The notes beneath the pieces are model-generated. The model was not told where the DNA came from and did not search any database. It worked only from the letters and a program-made list of their open reading frames with translations. The position numbers and the translations under genes were made by a program. From an uncultured Candidatus Saccharibacteria bacterium (GTDB lineage: Bacteria > Patescibacteriota > Saccharimonadia > Saccharimonadales > AWTP1-31): a stretch of DNA of 64,000 nt. The stretch is from contig CALCZR010000058.1 in assembly GCA_937903325.1 (NCBI GenBank), positions 193,034-257,033 of the forward strand. The letters are read 5' to 3'. The first letter of the stretch is position 1. Every line of letters begins with the position of its first letter. This document shows, one piece after another, positions 35,906-45,636 of the stretch.

Positions 35906-36856
35906 CTAGCGGCTGGTCTTGAATTTAAGATAGCGCCGCGTCGCGATGAGCGATGACATGGCCCCGATAAAAATACCTGCTGATAGCTGCAATCCAATGA
36001 AACCCCACAAGTGATTACTAAAGTACTGGTTTGAGAAGTTAATATCCAGAAGCCCGAGGCTACTCGCCTCAAAGGTCTTGGCAGATATAGAGAAGATGGC
36101 ACGGACGATTATGATAGATATCACTCCTGACACCAACCCATACATAATACTCTCAACAATAAACGGACCTCTAATAAAGTTCGTACTTGCTCCAAGCAAA
36201 CGCATTATGGTCAATTCATCTCGACGGTTGAATATAGCCATCTGGATAGTATTAAAGATGATTAGCATAGAGATGACTGCGAAAATAATTACACCCGCCA
36301 CACCTGCTCGCCTAAAGAAGCTGGTGGCACTGGTAATCTTATCAATGGCTTCCTTACGGTCTCCTGAATATGACGTCTCATCAGACTGCTGGGCCTTAAT
36401 CTCTTTTTTCTCGAGGAAACCTCGAATATCTTCAATCTTATTTGGATCTTTTGGCTTGATCTGCAGACTCACCGACAATGGATTGTCAGTTTGAGAGATA
36501 GCTTCGAGCAGCTCTGGATTGTCTGAGTTCTGCTCACGGTACTTCTTGAGTGCCTCTTCTTTACTGACTCGTGCTACATCTTTAACGTTTTCAAGTCCTT
36601 TTATCTGTGCAATCAGTTGGTCTTGTTGCTTAGTCGTAACCTCGTCCTTTAGATATACCGAGATGTCTATCTTGTCAGTAATGGTCTGTACGGTATTAGA
36701 AAACGTTGCATTAGCGATTATAGAAAACAGAATGATAGTCAGGGTTATGACCATGACAGCGATAGCGGCAATCCCCAGCCAGGCATTACGAGCAAAGTTC
36801 AGGACTCCGGTCCTCACAATCCGTCTGAACATTATGGCACTGCGGCGAACGTTCAC
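35906..36856 (-). CDS. ftsX: cell division permease FtsX
   Basis: 4 TM segments with a large first extracytoplasmic loop; overlaps ftsE by 4 nt. Confidence 0.8.
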   Translation of the reverse strand: MNVRRSAIMFRRIVRTGVLNFARNAWLGIAAIAVMVITLTIILFSIIANATFSNTVQTITDKIDISVYLKDEVTTKQQDQLIAQIKGLENVKDVARVSKEEALKKYREQNSDNPELLEAISQTDNPLSVSLQIKPKDPNKIEDIRGFLEKKEIKAQQSDETSYSGDRKEAIDKITSATSFFRRAGVAGVIIFAVISMLIIFNTIQMAIFNRRDELTIMRLLGASTNFIRGPFIVESIMYGLVSGVISIIIVRAIFSISAKTFEASSLGLLDINFSNQYFSNHLWGFIGLQLSAGIFIGAMSSLIATRRYLKFKTSR

Positions 36857-37533
36857 GAATGGTACTCCGCATTAGCTCGGTCACTAACAATATTGCCGTC
36901 CTGCATAGTAATGACACGGCGCTTCAACTTGTTAACAATTTCTTGGTTGTGGGTTGTCAATAGTACGGTGGTACCAAATCGGTTGATCTTCTCTAGCACC
37001 CTAATAACATCCCAGGCGTGCTTAGGGTCAAGGTTACCGGTGGGCTCATCTGCAATAAGGATCCGTGGCTGCCGCACAATAGCTCGGGCAATAGCTACAC
37101 GTTGTCGCTCACCACCAGATAGCTCACGGGGCATACGCTTTTCCTTGCCCTTTAGCCCGACAATGTCGAGCACCCGGGGCACGGTATGATTAATCTCTTT
37201 GTTACCCATACCTACTATCTCAAGTGCAAAGGCTACGTTCTCGAAGACTGTCTTATTCGGTAAAAGTTTAAAGTCCTGAAAAACCGTACCAATCTTACGG
37301 CGTAGTAATGGTATCTCTTTGTCCTTAAGGGTTTCGTAATCAATACCACCGACGATAATCTTGCCGCTGGTCGGCTTCTCTTCCCTAGTTAGCAGTTTTA
37401 GTAGTGTCGACTTACCAGCGCCACTGGGGCCTACGATAATGACGAATTCCTTCGGTTCAACGTGTAAGCTAATGCGCTCTAACGCTGGTCCATATCGGTT
37501 GTATTTCTTTGTTACCCTGTCCAGTAGAATCAT
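36853..37533 (-). CDS. ftsE: cell division ATP-binding protein FtsE
   Basis: Walker A GPSGAGKST, signature LSGGERQR, Walker B ILIADEP. Confidence 0.9.
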   Translation of the reverse strand: MILLDRVTKKYNRYGPALERISLHVEPKEFVIIVGPSGAGKSTLLKLLTREEKPTSGKIIVGGIDYETLKDKEIPLLRRKIGTVFQDFKLLPNKTVFENVAFALEIVGMGNKEINHTVPRVLDIVGLKGKEKRMPRELSGGERQRVAIARAIVRQPRILIADEPTGNLDPKHAWDVIRVLEKINRFGTTVLLTTHNQEIVNKLKRRVITMQDGNIVSDRANAEYHS

Positions 37534-37541
37534 GTCTATGT

Positions 37542-37549
37542 ATTATACC
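37542..37549 (-). promoter_or_regulatory. GGTATAAT -10-like element, 8 nt upstream of the ftsE ATG
   Basis: plus strand ATTATACC; ATG 37533..37531. Confidence 0.45.
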
Positions 37550-37561
37550 AAACCATTAGCA

Positions 37562-37987
37562 CTAAGCTTCCATCGAATCGAAACTTTCAATTCCGGGGAG
37601 GAGCATTCTGAGATAGTCTGGCGGCACCAGATCGCCTTCGCGCGCCTGGAACGTCAATGAGAAGTAACCACCGTGTCGATTTATTGACCAGTCGTCCCAC
37701 CACTTTGCAGCTTCAGATCGATCGAATAACTTTAATGCCTTTATCGCATCAATCGTTCGTACCTCTATAGCATCAGGGACAACATATAGCCCTATTGGGC
37801 CAACCTCATTAACATCTGCAGTCATGGTTGTGATGGGTGCCTCTTGAGAACGATCATAGCGAAGCGGAAGTGGAACACCGATCCACTGGTCTTTAATCTC
37901 GTCCGGAGCAGCACCAAAAGGCTGATTCCGGATTACAAACCAGCTCCTTATCTCCCCGCCTGGAGCAAGCGTATCTCTCCCAGCCAT
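37562..37987 (-). CDS. hypothetical protein (141 aa)
   Basis: ORF only; lies between prfB and ftsE. Confidence 0.45.
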   Translation of the reverse strand: MAGRDTLAPGGEIRSWFVIRNQPFGAAPDEIKDQWIGVPLPLRYDRSQEAPITTMTADVNEVGPIGLYVVPDAIEVRTIDAIKALKLFDRSEAAKWWDDWSINRHGGYFSLTFQAREGDLVPPDYLRMLLPGIESFDSMEA

Positions 37988-37989
37988 CC

Positions 37990-39078
37990 CTAATCTCCAC
38001 CGAGATTCTGTTCCAAATACGCATTGATAAGCTCTCCCAGATTGCCATCCAGTACGCCCTCTACATCACTTGTCTCATAACGCGTACGTAAATCTTTCAC
38101 TTGCTTATACGGATGCAGTACGTAACTCCGAATCTGGTTTCCCCACTCTGCAGACTGGTTTGGTCCTTTTAGTTCACTCAGCTTTTCTTGGTGCTGCTCT
38201 AATTGCATAGCTGCAAGTCGTGAACGCAGAATCGTCATGGCTACTTCTTTATTCTGCAACTGAGAACGTTCGTTCTGGATAGCTACGGTTACACCTGTTG
38301 GGATATGAGTTATACGGACTGCTGAATCAGTCGTATTCACACTCTGGCCACCATGACCGCCTGCTCGGTATACGTCTATTTTTAGTTCCTTGTCATCTAT
38401 TTCAAGTTCAGTCGGACTATCTATCTTGGGCATGATCTCCACCTTAGCAAAACTCGTTTGCCGTAGACTATCCGAATTAAACGGGCTCAGCCGGACTAGC
38501 CGATGTACCCCAGCTTCTGAGAGTAGTTTGCCGAATGCAAACGGCCCAGATATTTCTAGTGTTGCACGCTTGAGGCCTGCTTCGTCTCCAGCTGATTCTT
38601 CGATAAGCACAACCTGGAAGTCTTGTTTCTCAGCCCAGCGGGTATACATGCGTAGCAGCATCGCCGTCCAATCCTGAGCATCCGTACCACCTGCTCCGGC
38701 AGATAACGTCAGGATGGCATCATGGTCATCATAGGGGCCGCTGAATTTGAGGTCTTCTTTCAGGCCACTGAAGTCTGTCTCTAATTTGTCGGTCTGTGCC
38801 TTAATGTCAGCTGCCAAACTAGCATCATTTAGTTCGAGCAACTCTTTAACGTCTTTGAGTTCTTGTTCAAGCTTCAACCATGGCTCCGCGCGAGCCTGCA
38901 AAGCAGACAGCTTCTTCATGGTATCTTGAGCCGATCGGTTATCATTCCAGAAGTCTGGCTTTTCAGATTCTTTCGTTAACTTCCCTAACTCTACATTCAA
39001 ATCGGCAATATGCAGCTGCTGTGCAGCTGCAGCGTAGTCTGCCTGCAGTTGTGTAATCTGTTTTCGAACCTCATCCAT
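37990..39078 (-). CDS. prfB: peptide chain release factor 2 (single uninterrupted frame)
   Basis: SPF tripeptide (RLSPFNS), GGQ (GGHGGQSVN); 362 aa. Confidence 0.9.
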   Translation of the reverse strand: MDEVRKQITQLQADYAAAAQQLHIADLNVELGKLTKESEKPDFWNDNRSAQDTMKKLSALQARAEPWLKLEQELKDVKELLELNDASLAADIKAQTDKLETDFSGLKEDLKFSGPYDDHDAILTLSAGAGGTDAQDWTAMLLRMYTRWAEKQDFQVVLIEESAGDEAGLKRATLEISGPFAFGKLLSEAGVHRLVRLSPFNSDSLRQTSFAKVEIMPKIDSPTELEIDDKELKIDVYRAGGHGGQSVNTTDSAVRITHIPTGVTVAIQNERSQLQNKEVAMTILRSRLAAMQLEQHQEKLSELKGPNQSAEWGNQIRSYVLHPYKQVKDLRTRYETSDVEGVLDGNLGELINAYLEQNLGGD

Positions 39079-39086
39079 TGCACCCT

Positions 39087-39092
39087 AGTATA
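39087..39092 (-). promoter_or_regulatory. TATACT element, 8 nt upstream of the prfB ATG
   Basis: plus strand AGTATA; ATG 39078..39076. Confidence 0.35.
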
Positions 39093-39112
39093 GGGTATGT
39101 GCCCAAGCGAAG

Positions 39113-40408
39113 CTACTTCTTGCCGTCCCAGAGACCTGCGGCCTGAGCTTGTAGTTCTTTCACGAACTTTGGGCTAGCGTTGCCGAGTGCACCGATTCCC
39201 CATATGTTATCTGCAAATAGAGATTTACTAACCTTAATGATTCCTTCTTTAGTAATAGCCTGGATACGTTCAGGAACTTTGTAGTAGTCGTCTATCTGGT
39301 CATCAAAGAAATATCTAAAGCTGTAGCCGTTAGCCGTGCCACCAACTGTTTGGCCACTGCGCTGGTAACGCCCGAGAGCATATTGCTTAGCAGACTCAAT
39401 GTCTTCATCAGAAATGTTGCCAGCGAATACTTCACTCAGCTCATGGACCATGATGTCAAACAATGCTGGAGCGTTCTTAGGCATAACCTGCGCCCCAAAC
39501 CACCAGTTAGCGCTGTTCTTAGACTGCCCAATACCAGAACTCATGCTGTATACAAGTCCTCGCTCACGAGCTGCACCGAGTATCTTGGAGTACAGCGTTT
39601 CGGTCAGCATGGTATTAATGAGGCTCAGGTTATCTGACTCCGGGTCGCTCAGCCGGTGTCCGGCAAAAGTATCTAGGTAGAAGTACAGGTTATCTACTGT
39701 CTCGTTATGTATATATAACGGTGCGCGAACTCTTTTAGGAAACTCATCTGGCAGTTCTGTGCGACCCTCACCCTGGGGTAGTTCTATGTTCTCGAGCAGC
39801 TGTTCAACTGACTTACGGCGTGCAGCTAAAAGATTACCAGCAATAACAAATCGTAGGTTACTGCTGGTATGAGTTTTCTTGTAGTGGCTGGTTATGTCTT
39901 GCATGTTAACGTTTTCCATGAGGCCTAGCCGGTCTTGGTCAGTGAGCACATGGAAGCCATACTTCTTGCGAAGCGCGAGACTCAAGTGCCTAAAGTGGTT
40001 GTTAGATCGAGCCGTCAGCTCTTCGCGAACGTTGCCAAACTCAGCTTGAAACTCTTCGTCTAAGAAGAGCGGCTTCGTAATAGCAGTGAGCATGAGGCCC
40101 AGGATTCGGTCCCATTCAAAGTCCGCACATTCAGCTTCATAGATAATGTCATAACTACCGGTTGAGGCGTTACAGTACGCACCGTTCTTCTCAAACTCAG
40201 CCTGGAAGGCTCGGGCCTTAGGGATCATCTGGTTAGCACCCAGTAGCATATGTTCCATAATGTGGGCAGTTTCCCACTTAGACTTCTCTACTAAGTACTC
40301 GCCCGCCCGAAAGTTAAATTCAAAGGTCATGACACTAGCGTCAGGAATGTGAATTAACAGTCCTTCGGTGCCATTGGCAAGTTTAATGTTGTGTACTGTA
40401 TGCTTCAT
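39113..40408 (-). CDS. M16-family (pitrilysin-like) zinc peptidase
   Basis: inverted zinc motif HIMEH (HxxEH); 431 aa. Confidence 0.75.
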   Translation of the reverse strand: MKHTVHNIKLANGTEGLLIHIPDASVMTFEFNFRAGEYLVEKSKWETAHIMEHMLLGANQMIPKARAFQAEFEKNGAYCNASTGSYDIIYEAECADFEWDRILGLMLTAITKPLFLDEEFQAEFGNVREELTARSNNHFRHLSLALRKKYGFHVLTDQDRLGLMENVNMQDITSHYKKTHTSSNLRFVIAGNLLAARRKSVEQLLENIELPQGEGRTELPDEFPKRVRAPLYIHNETVDNLYFYLDTFAGHRLSDPESDNLSLINTMLTETLYSKILGAARERGLVYSMSSGIGQSKNSANWWFGAQVMPKNAPALFDIMVHELSEVFAGNISDEDIESAKQYALGRYQRSGQTVGGTANGYSFRYFFDDQIDDYYKVPERIQAITKEGIIKVSKSLFADNIWGIGALGNASPKFVKELQAQAAGLWDGKK

Positions 40409-40427
40409 GGAATAACTTCACGAAACA

Positions 40428-43031
40428 TTAACGTTTCTTGCCCTGTTTTCGTCGTTTACGTTCTGCTTTGTGTGCTTTTTTGCGTTTGTTTGCAGTCGTA
40501 ACTTTCTTACTACCACCCTTAGGAGCATTAACATCTCCGACAAAGTCTTCTTCGGTAAATTCATCTGCTTCAATAATCTTGTCCGCATTATCGACAGACT
40601 GGCGAGCAGCGCGAGTTAGTTCTGTTTCAACAGGAGCATTGTTAACATCTGCTGGTTCTGCATTGAAGACTGCCCGCATAACGTCATGTCGCAGAGTATC
40701 CTGCATTTCTTCGAACATGTGCTGACCTTGGCGACGGTACTCTACCAACGGGTCACGCTGTCCAACACTAATCCAGTGAATACCTTCACGGAGGTGATCC
40801 ATATTCTCGAGGTGCTGCATCCAGAGGTTGTCGAGAATCTGCAGGTAGATATCTCGCTCGATCTTGCGCATTGATTCTTCGCCAAACTCTTTGACACGCT
40901 CTTCGTAGAGCTTTTTAGCTTGTTCTAGTAGTGCCTCTTCAAACTTCTCTGCTGGAGTATCAAACAGCTTATCGAGTGTCTTTTCGCTGAATGGGAAGAC
41001 TTCTTTTAGGAGTGCTTCGTACTTGTCAGTAGTAGCCAAATCAGAAGCGGCAAGTACTTTTGCTTCTTCTTCAATGTATAGCTTAATACGCTTACTGATA
41101 TCGGTCTGGTGGAGGATTTCACGGCGCATGGCATATGTTGCCTTACGGTGACGGTTCATAACATCGTCGTATTGCACCACGTTCTTACGCTGGTCGAAGT
41201 TGTGACCTTCCACCTTCTTCTGGGCACCCTCTAGGCTCTTGCTAATAATACGGTTTTCAATGGGAGTTTCGTCGTCTACATTGAGTCGCTCCATAACACC
41301 GGCGATACGTTCACCACCAAAGATACGCATTAGGTCATCTTCAGTACTGACAAAGAACTGAGTTACACCAGGGTCACCTTGTCGACCAGAACGTCCTCGA
41401 AGCTGGTTATCAATACGTCGTGACTCGTGTCGCTCTGAACCAAGTACGAATAGTCCACCAAGCTTCTTTACTTCTTCACTAAGAACAATGTCAGTACCAC
41501 GACCGGCAATGTTCGTAGCCAGCGTTACTGCACCTCGTTCACCTGCTTTAGCAACAATAGCTGCTTCACGTTCGTTATTCTTGGCGTTTAGTACCTGGTG
41601 TGGAACACCTTGCTTATCCAGCAAACGTCCTAACTCTTCGTTCTTCTCAATAGAAACTGTACCAATAAGTACGGGCTGGCCCTTTTGGTGTAGTACTTTC
41701 ACTTCCTGAGCGATGGCCTTAAACTTACCAGCTTCGGTCTTGTAGATACGGTCAGATCGGTCGATACGTGCTAAACCTCTGTTAGATGGGATATCCAGAA
41801 CGTCTAACTTGTAGATCTGATGGAATTCTTCGCTTTCTGTCTCTGCTGTACCGGTCATACCAGCCAGCTTCTCGTACAAACGGAAGTAGTTCTGGAAGCT
41901 AATGGTCGCCAGTGTCATAGACTCTTCTTGTACTTCTACACCTTCTTTGGCTTCAATTGCCTGGTGGAGACCTTCGTTATAGCGACGACCCTTTAGGAGG
42001 CGTCCGGTGAATTCGTCCACGATAACCACTTCACCATCACTGGTAACAACGTAGTCTTTATCTCGTTTAAACAGTGCTTCGGCTTTTAGAGCCTGATCTA
42101 GGTGGTAGATATTCCTAATGTTGTCGCTTCCGTACAAACTATCTATACCAAGTGTCTTCTCGATGTGTTCAACGCCTTCGTCGGTAAGCACGGCAGCCTT
42201 ACGCTTCTCATCGATCTCGTAATGCTTCTCAGCCTTGAGGCCGCGAGCTATCTTGGCAAACTGGGCATAGGCATTTCCACTGGTCGCGGCTGGTGCAGAA
42301 ATAATGAGTGGCGTTCGCGCTTCGTCAATAAGAATGGAGTCGACTTCGTCCACGATGGCAAAGTGCAGATCCCGCTGGCGGAGCTGGTCAAGCTCACGCA
42401 CCATGTTGTCTCGGAGGTAGTCAAAGCCAAATTCGTTATTCGTGCCATAGGTAACGTCAGCAGCGTAGGCTTCTTGTCGAGTACAAGGTTTTAGGTGGCG
42501 GAAACGTTCGTCTTCGTGCGCTTCGTTAGTAAAACTAGCATCATAGATATATGACTCATCTGCAATGATCACACCAGTAGTCAGACCCAGGAATCCATAT
42601 ACCTGACCCATCCAACCAGCATCACGCTGGGCTAGATAGTCGTTAACGGTCACCACGTGTACGCCCTTACCAGTTAGTGCATTCAGATACACGGGTGCCG
42701 TAGCCACCAAGGTCTTACCTTCACCGGTCTTCATTTCGGCCACACTACCTTCGTGCAAGGCCATACCACCGATTAGCTGTACGTCGAAGTGACGCTGCCC
42801 AAGCGCACGGGTTGCTGCTTCACGAACTACCGCAAAAGCATCTGGCAGGATCTTATCAATAGCTTCTTTTTCAAGACGCTTCTTGAGCTCAGCAGTCTGT
42901 TCTTTTAATTTCTTGTCAGACAGCTTTGCATACTTGTCTGCTAGGGCATTAATGTCCTTAACTCGTTTTCGCAGGCGTTTGACGGTCTTTGCCTGAGGGT
43001 CACCTAAAACTTTCTTAAATACCTTATTCAT
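40428..43031 (-). CDS. secA: preprotein translocase ATPase SecA
   Basis: MKTGEGKTLV Walker A, DEVDSILIDEARTPLIIS, 867 aa with a basic C-terminal tail. Confidence 0.95.
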   Translation of the reverse strand: MNKVFKKVLGDPQAKTVKRLRKRVKDINALADKYAKLSDKKLKEQTAELKKRLEKEAIDKILPDAFAVVREAATRALGQRHFDVQLIGGMALHEGSVAEMKTGEGKTLVATAPVYLNALTGKGVHVVTVNDYLAQRDAGWMGQVYGFLGLTTGVIIADESYIYDASFTNEAHEDERFRHLKPCTRQEAYAADVTYGTNNEFGFDYLRDNMVRELDQLRQRDLHFAIVDEVDSILIDEARTPLIISAPAATSGNAYAQFAKIARGLKAEKHYEIDEKRKAAVLTDEGVEHIEKTLGIDSLYGSDNIRNIYHLDQALKAEALFKRDKDYVVTSDGEVVIVDEFTGRLLKGRRYNEGLHQAIEAKEGVEVQEESMTLATISFQNYFRLYEKLAGMTGTAETESEEFHQIYKLDVLDIPSNRGLARIDRSDRIYKTEAGKFKAIAQEVKVLHQKGQPVLIGTVSIEKNEELGRLLDKQGVPHQVLNAKNNEREAAIVAKAGERGAVTLATNIAGRGTDIVLSEEVKKLGGLFVLGSERHESRRIDNQLRGRSGRQGDPGVTQFFVSTEDDLMRIFGGERIAGVMERLNVDDETPIENRIISKSLEGAQKKVEGHNFDQRKNVVQYDDVMNRHRKATYAMRREILHQTDISKRIKLYIEEEAKVLAASDLATTDKYEALLKEVFPFSEKTLDKLFDTPAEKFEEALLEQAKKLYEERVKEFGEESMRKIERDIYLQILDNLWMQHLENMDHLREGIHWISVGQRDPLVEYRRQGQHMFEEMQDTLRHDVMRAVFNAEPADVNNAPVETELTRAARQSVDNADKIIEADEFTEEDFVGDVNAPKGGSKKVTTANKRKKAHKAERKRRKQGKKR

Positions 43032-43142
43032 TCGCTACCAGGCCTCCACATCCATGCAGTCAATAAATTTGTTGATTAGCAGCTTATATTGTAACGCACT
43101 TCTTGTGTCTTACAGAAGTAATTTTTACGTTAATCGAAAGTC

Positions 43143-43514
43143 TTAGTTTGCGTTAGTAACGGCTCGCTTAACGCGGGACAGAATACGGTGGTGCAACCGT
43201 CCCGCACCATGCTTGCCCTTATACTTAGTCAGCTGGTTCTTAAGCTTCTCTTCCACTACATCTACGGCAGCAAACATATTTACAGTCGTTTCTTTAGTTG
43301 CAATCACTTCTTTTGGCAGGTGCAGAATGACTTCACAAGTACAACTGACACGTGCCTTATTCTTCTGCTCTTTGAGCTTAACTTCGGCATGGGCAGATTT
43401 ACGGGCATGAGGAGACATGTACTGGTCGAGCTTACCGATCTTCTTCATGATATATTTGTTCAAATCTTCAGTAACTTCAGTATGAATACCGCTGACTTCT
43501 ATTTTTTGGATCAT
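43143..43514 (-). CDS. hpf: ribosome hibernation promoting factor (short form)
   Basis: S30AE pattern (ITGIH-like VSGIHTEVTEDL ... FAAVDVVEEKL); hpf-secA-prfB synteny. Confidence 0.8.
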   Translation of the reverse strand: MIQKIEVSGIHTEVTEDLNKYIMKKIGKLDQYMSPHARKSAHAEVKLKEQKNKARVSCTCEVILHLPKEVIATKETTVNMFAAVDVVEEKLKNQLTKYKGKHGAGRLHHRILSRVKRAVTNAN

Positions 43515-44806
43515 ATTTTTGCTCTCCCACCCATATATGGTCTTAATACTTCTGGTACAACTACGTCACCTTCCGCATTCTGGTAGTTCTCGAGGATCGC
43601 TACTGGCCCACGACTAAGCGGCAAAGCAGTGGCGTCATTAGTGTGGATTAGCTCCGCTCCGTTAGCTCGTCGAACACGTGTTTTTAGACGTCGCGCCTGG
43701 TAGTCAGTCATGTAGTCAGCAGTATGTGTTTCACGATACTTATCTTGTCCTGGCATCCAAGCGTTAATATCAACACCATGTGCATTAGGCTTACCAATAT
43801 CAGCCGTACACTTATTCATAACTTCGTACGGAATACCCAAGAGAGTCATGAGTTTTTCCTGGATCGCAATCATAAAGAGATGCTCTTGCATTCCAGCTTC
43901 GGCAACACCCAGACTTTCCATTTCAAGCTTATCGAATTGGTGCATACGGAAGATACCTTCCATATCTTTACCATATGTCCCAGCCTCTTTGCGGAAGCTG
44001 GTTGCATAGCCGATAAGGCGTATAGGCAATTCAGCTTCAGGGATAATCTCGTCGGCATACATACTTCCAAGAACGTGCTCGGCACTACCCTGTAGCCATA
44101 GCTCTTCACCTTCAATCTTGTAACGATCGTCACTAGGCTGCAAGCGATCCATAGCATCGTACATATCGGTGCGGATCATAAATGGAGGCAATACGGGTGT
44201 AAACGGTTTGTTGCTTACCTGAAGATTATTCTCCTGAATAACCTTATTAATAAAAGTCTTGTCTGAGAGCTTGTCCATTACGAACTGGATTATGGCAAAC
44301 TGTAGTTTTACGAGATCACCCTGGATGTACGCGAATCGAGTTCCGGTTACCTTGGCAGCACGTTCTTTATCAAGCCAACCTTTTGCCTCAGCGATTTGCG
44401 CATGATTTTTTGGCGTAAAATCGAATTTTGTTGGCTCACCAACACGCTTGGTAACTACATTCTCATCCTCACTAGCGCCAATAGGAACACTCTCAAGTGG
44501 CATGTTAGGTATATCTTTAAGGAGTTTAAGAACGTCCAATTCCAATGGTGCGAGCTTTTGCTCAAGCAGAGTAACCTCGTCTTTGAGATCCTTACCTTTT
44601 TCAATCTGCTCTGGGGTTGGCTTGCCTTGTTTCAGCTGCCCACTGTGGTTATTGCGCCGCGCACGGGCATCTTCGAGCTCTACTAGAACATTACGTCGAT
44701 CTTCGTCAGCTTTCAGAAGCGCCTTAACGTCAACTTTGTAGCCCTTTTGTTTTGCTTTTTCTTGGACTAGATCTGGATTTTCTCGGACAAACTGGATATC
44801 TAACAT
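43511..44806 (-). CDS. serS: serine--tRNA ligase
   Basis: MLDIQFVRENP N-terminus, coiled-coil arm, class II core; 431 aa. Confidence 0.95.
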   Translation of the reverse strand: MLDIQFVRENPDLVQEKAKQKGYKVDVKALLKADEDRRNVLVELEDARARRNNHSGQLKQGKPTPEQIEKGKDLKDEVTLLEQKLAPLELDVLKLLKDIPNMPLESVPIGASEDENVVTKRVGEPTKFDFTPKNHAQIAEAKGWLDKERAAKVTGTRFAYIQGDLVKLQFAIIQFVMDKLSDKTFINKVIQENNLQVSNKPFTPVLPPFMIRTDMYDAMDRLQPSDDRYKIEGEELWLQGSAEHVLGSMYADEIIPEAELPIRLIGYATSFRKEAGTYGKDMEGIFRMHQFDKLEMESLGVAEAGMQEHLFMIAIQEKLMTLLGIPYEVMNKCTADIGKPNAHGVDINAWMPGQDKYRETHTADYMTDYQARRLKTRVRRANGAELIHTNDATALPLSRGPVAILENYQNAEGDVVVPEVLRPYMGGRAKI

Positions 44807-44812
44807 AACCCT

Positions 44813-44820
44813 ATTATACC
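44813..44820 (-). promoter_or_regulatory. GGTATAAT -10-like element, 6 nt upstream of the serS ATG
   Basis: plus strand ATTATACC; ATG 44806..44804. Confidence 0.5.
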
Positions 44821-44840
44821 TCAGATACCCTGCACCTTAT

Positions 44841-45632
44841 TTAAGATTTCTTATTTGCCTGCATAGCCTTCAGTGTTAGCTCGGTTCGCGCTCGGGCATA
44901 CGTACAGTAATCACACGGCCCACCCATGGCCGCCGTACCAACAGGAGGCATATCGCCTTCCATGCAGTCCTTCATTTTCTGCAGAGTGTCTTCTACCCAT
45001 GCATCACTGCCTTCATGTGGGAATACATTGGTACGAAACTCAACAACATCGTTAAAGCCGTCCTTGCTAGCGTCTCCATTAGCGTACACAAAATAGCCGG
45101 TATTACTAACACTGAAGCCGTTAGCCCGAAGTAACCATTGGTAGACTTCCATCTGTCGACGGTAGCTATCTTGCCAACCACCAACCGGACCAAGACTGGT
45201 AATCTCTTTATCTTTTGCCGTAGCCTTGTAGTCTACTACGATGAGCTCACCAGCGTCATTAACCCAGACATCATCTACAGCCCCAAAGACATGTAAGTTT
45301 GTTGGCTTATGCACCGTAAAAACTCCTACAAAGTTCTCACGCCAGGTATCCAGGTCTTTGTGGACATACGGCTTGGCAGCAATCTTAAACTTCACCTGTA
45401 GTGGATGCTGCGTACCGGCCGCACGATGCACATCAAACTCTTTCTTAAACAGTTCGTCTATCGCTTTATTAATATTGAACGGTGGACTACTTGGTCGAGT
45501 GATTTTGTGACGTACGTCGAGCCAGAAACAGCGCGGGCACTGGGTATACAGTTCAATCTTACTGCGGCTAACCTTAAATGGCGCCGTTTGACCAGGCGTA
45601 TACGGCCGGCTTCGTTCCCTCCAATAACTCAT
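44841..45632 (-). CDS. PD-(D/E)XK nuclease with Cas4/AddB-type cysteine cluster
   Basis: CPRCFW near the N-terminus, GAVDDV...VVDYKAT, QMEVYQWLL, C-terminal C...CDYC; ORF track extends to 45698 but ATG 45632 removes the overlap with rsmE. Confidence 0.6.
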   Translation of the reverse strand: MSYWRERSRPYTPGQTAPFKVSRSKIELYTQCPRCFWLDVRHKITRPSSPPFNINKAIDELFKKEFDVHRAAGTQHPLQVKFKIAAKPYVHKDLDTWRENFVGVFTVHKPTNLHVFGAVDDVWVNDAGELIVVDYKATAKDKEITSLGPVGGWQDSYRRQMEVYQWLLRANGFSVSNTGYFVYANGDASKDGFNDVVEFRTNVFPHEGSDAWVEDTLQKMKDCMEGDMPPVGTAAMGGPCDYCTYARARTELTLKAMQANKKS

Positions 45633-45636
45633 CCTT

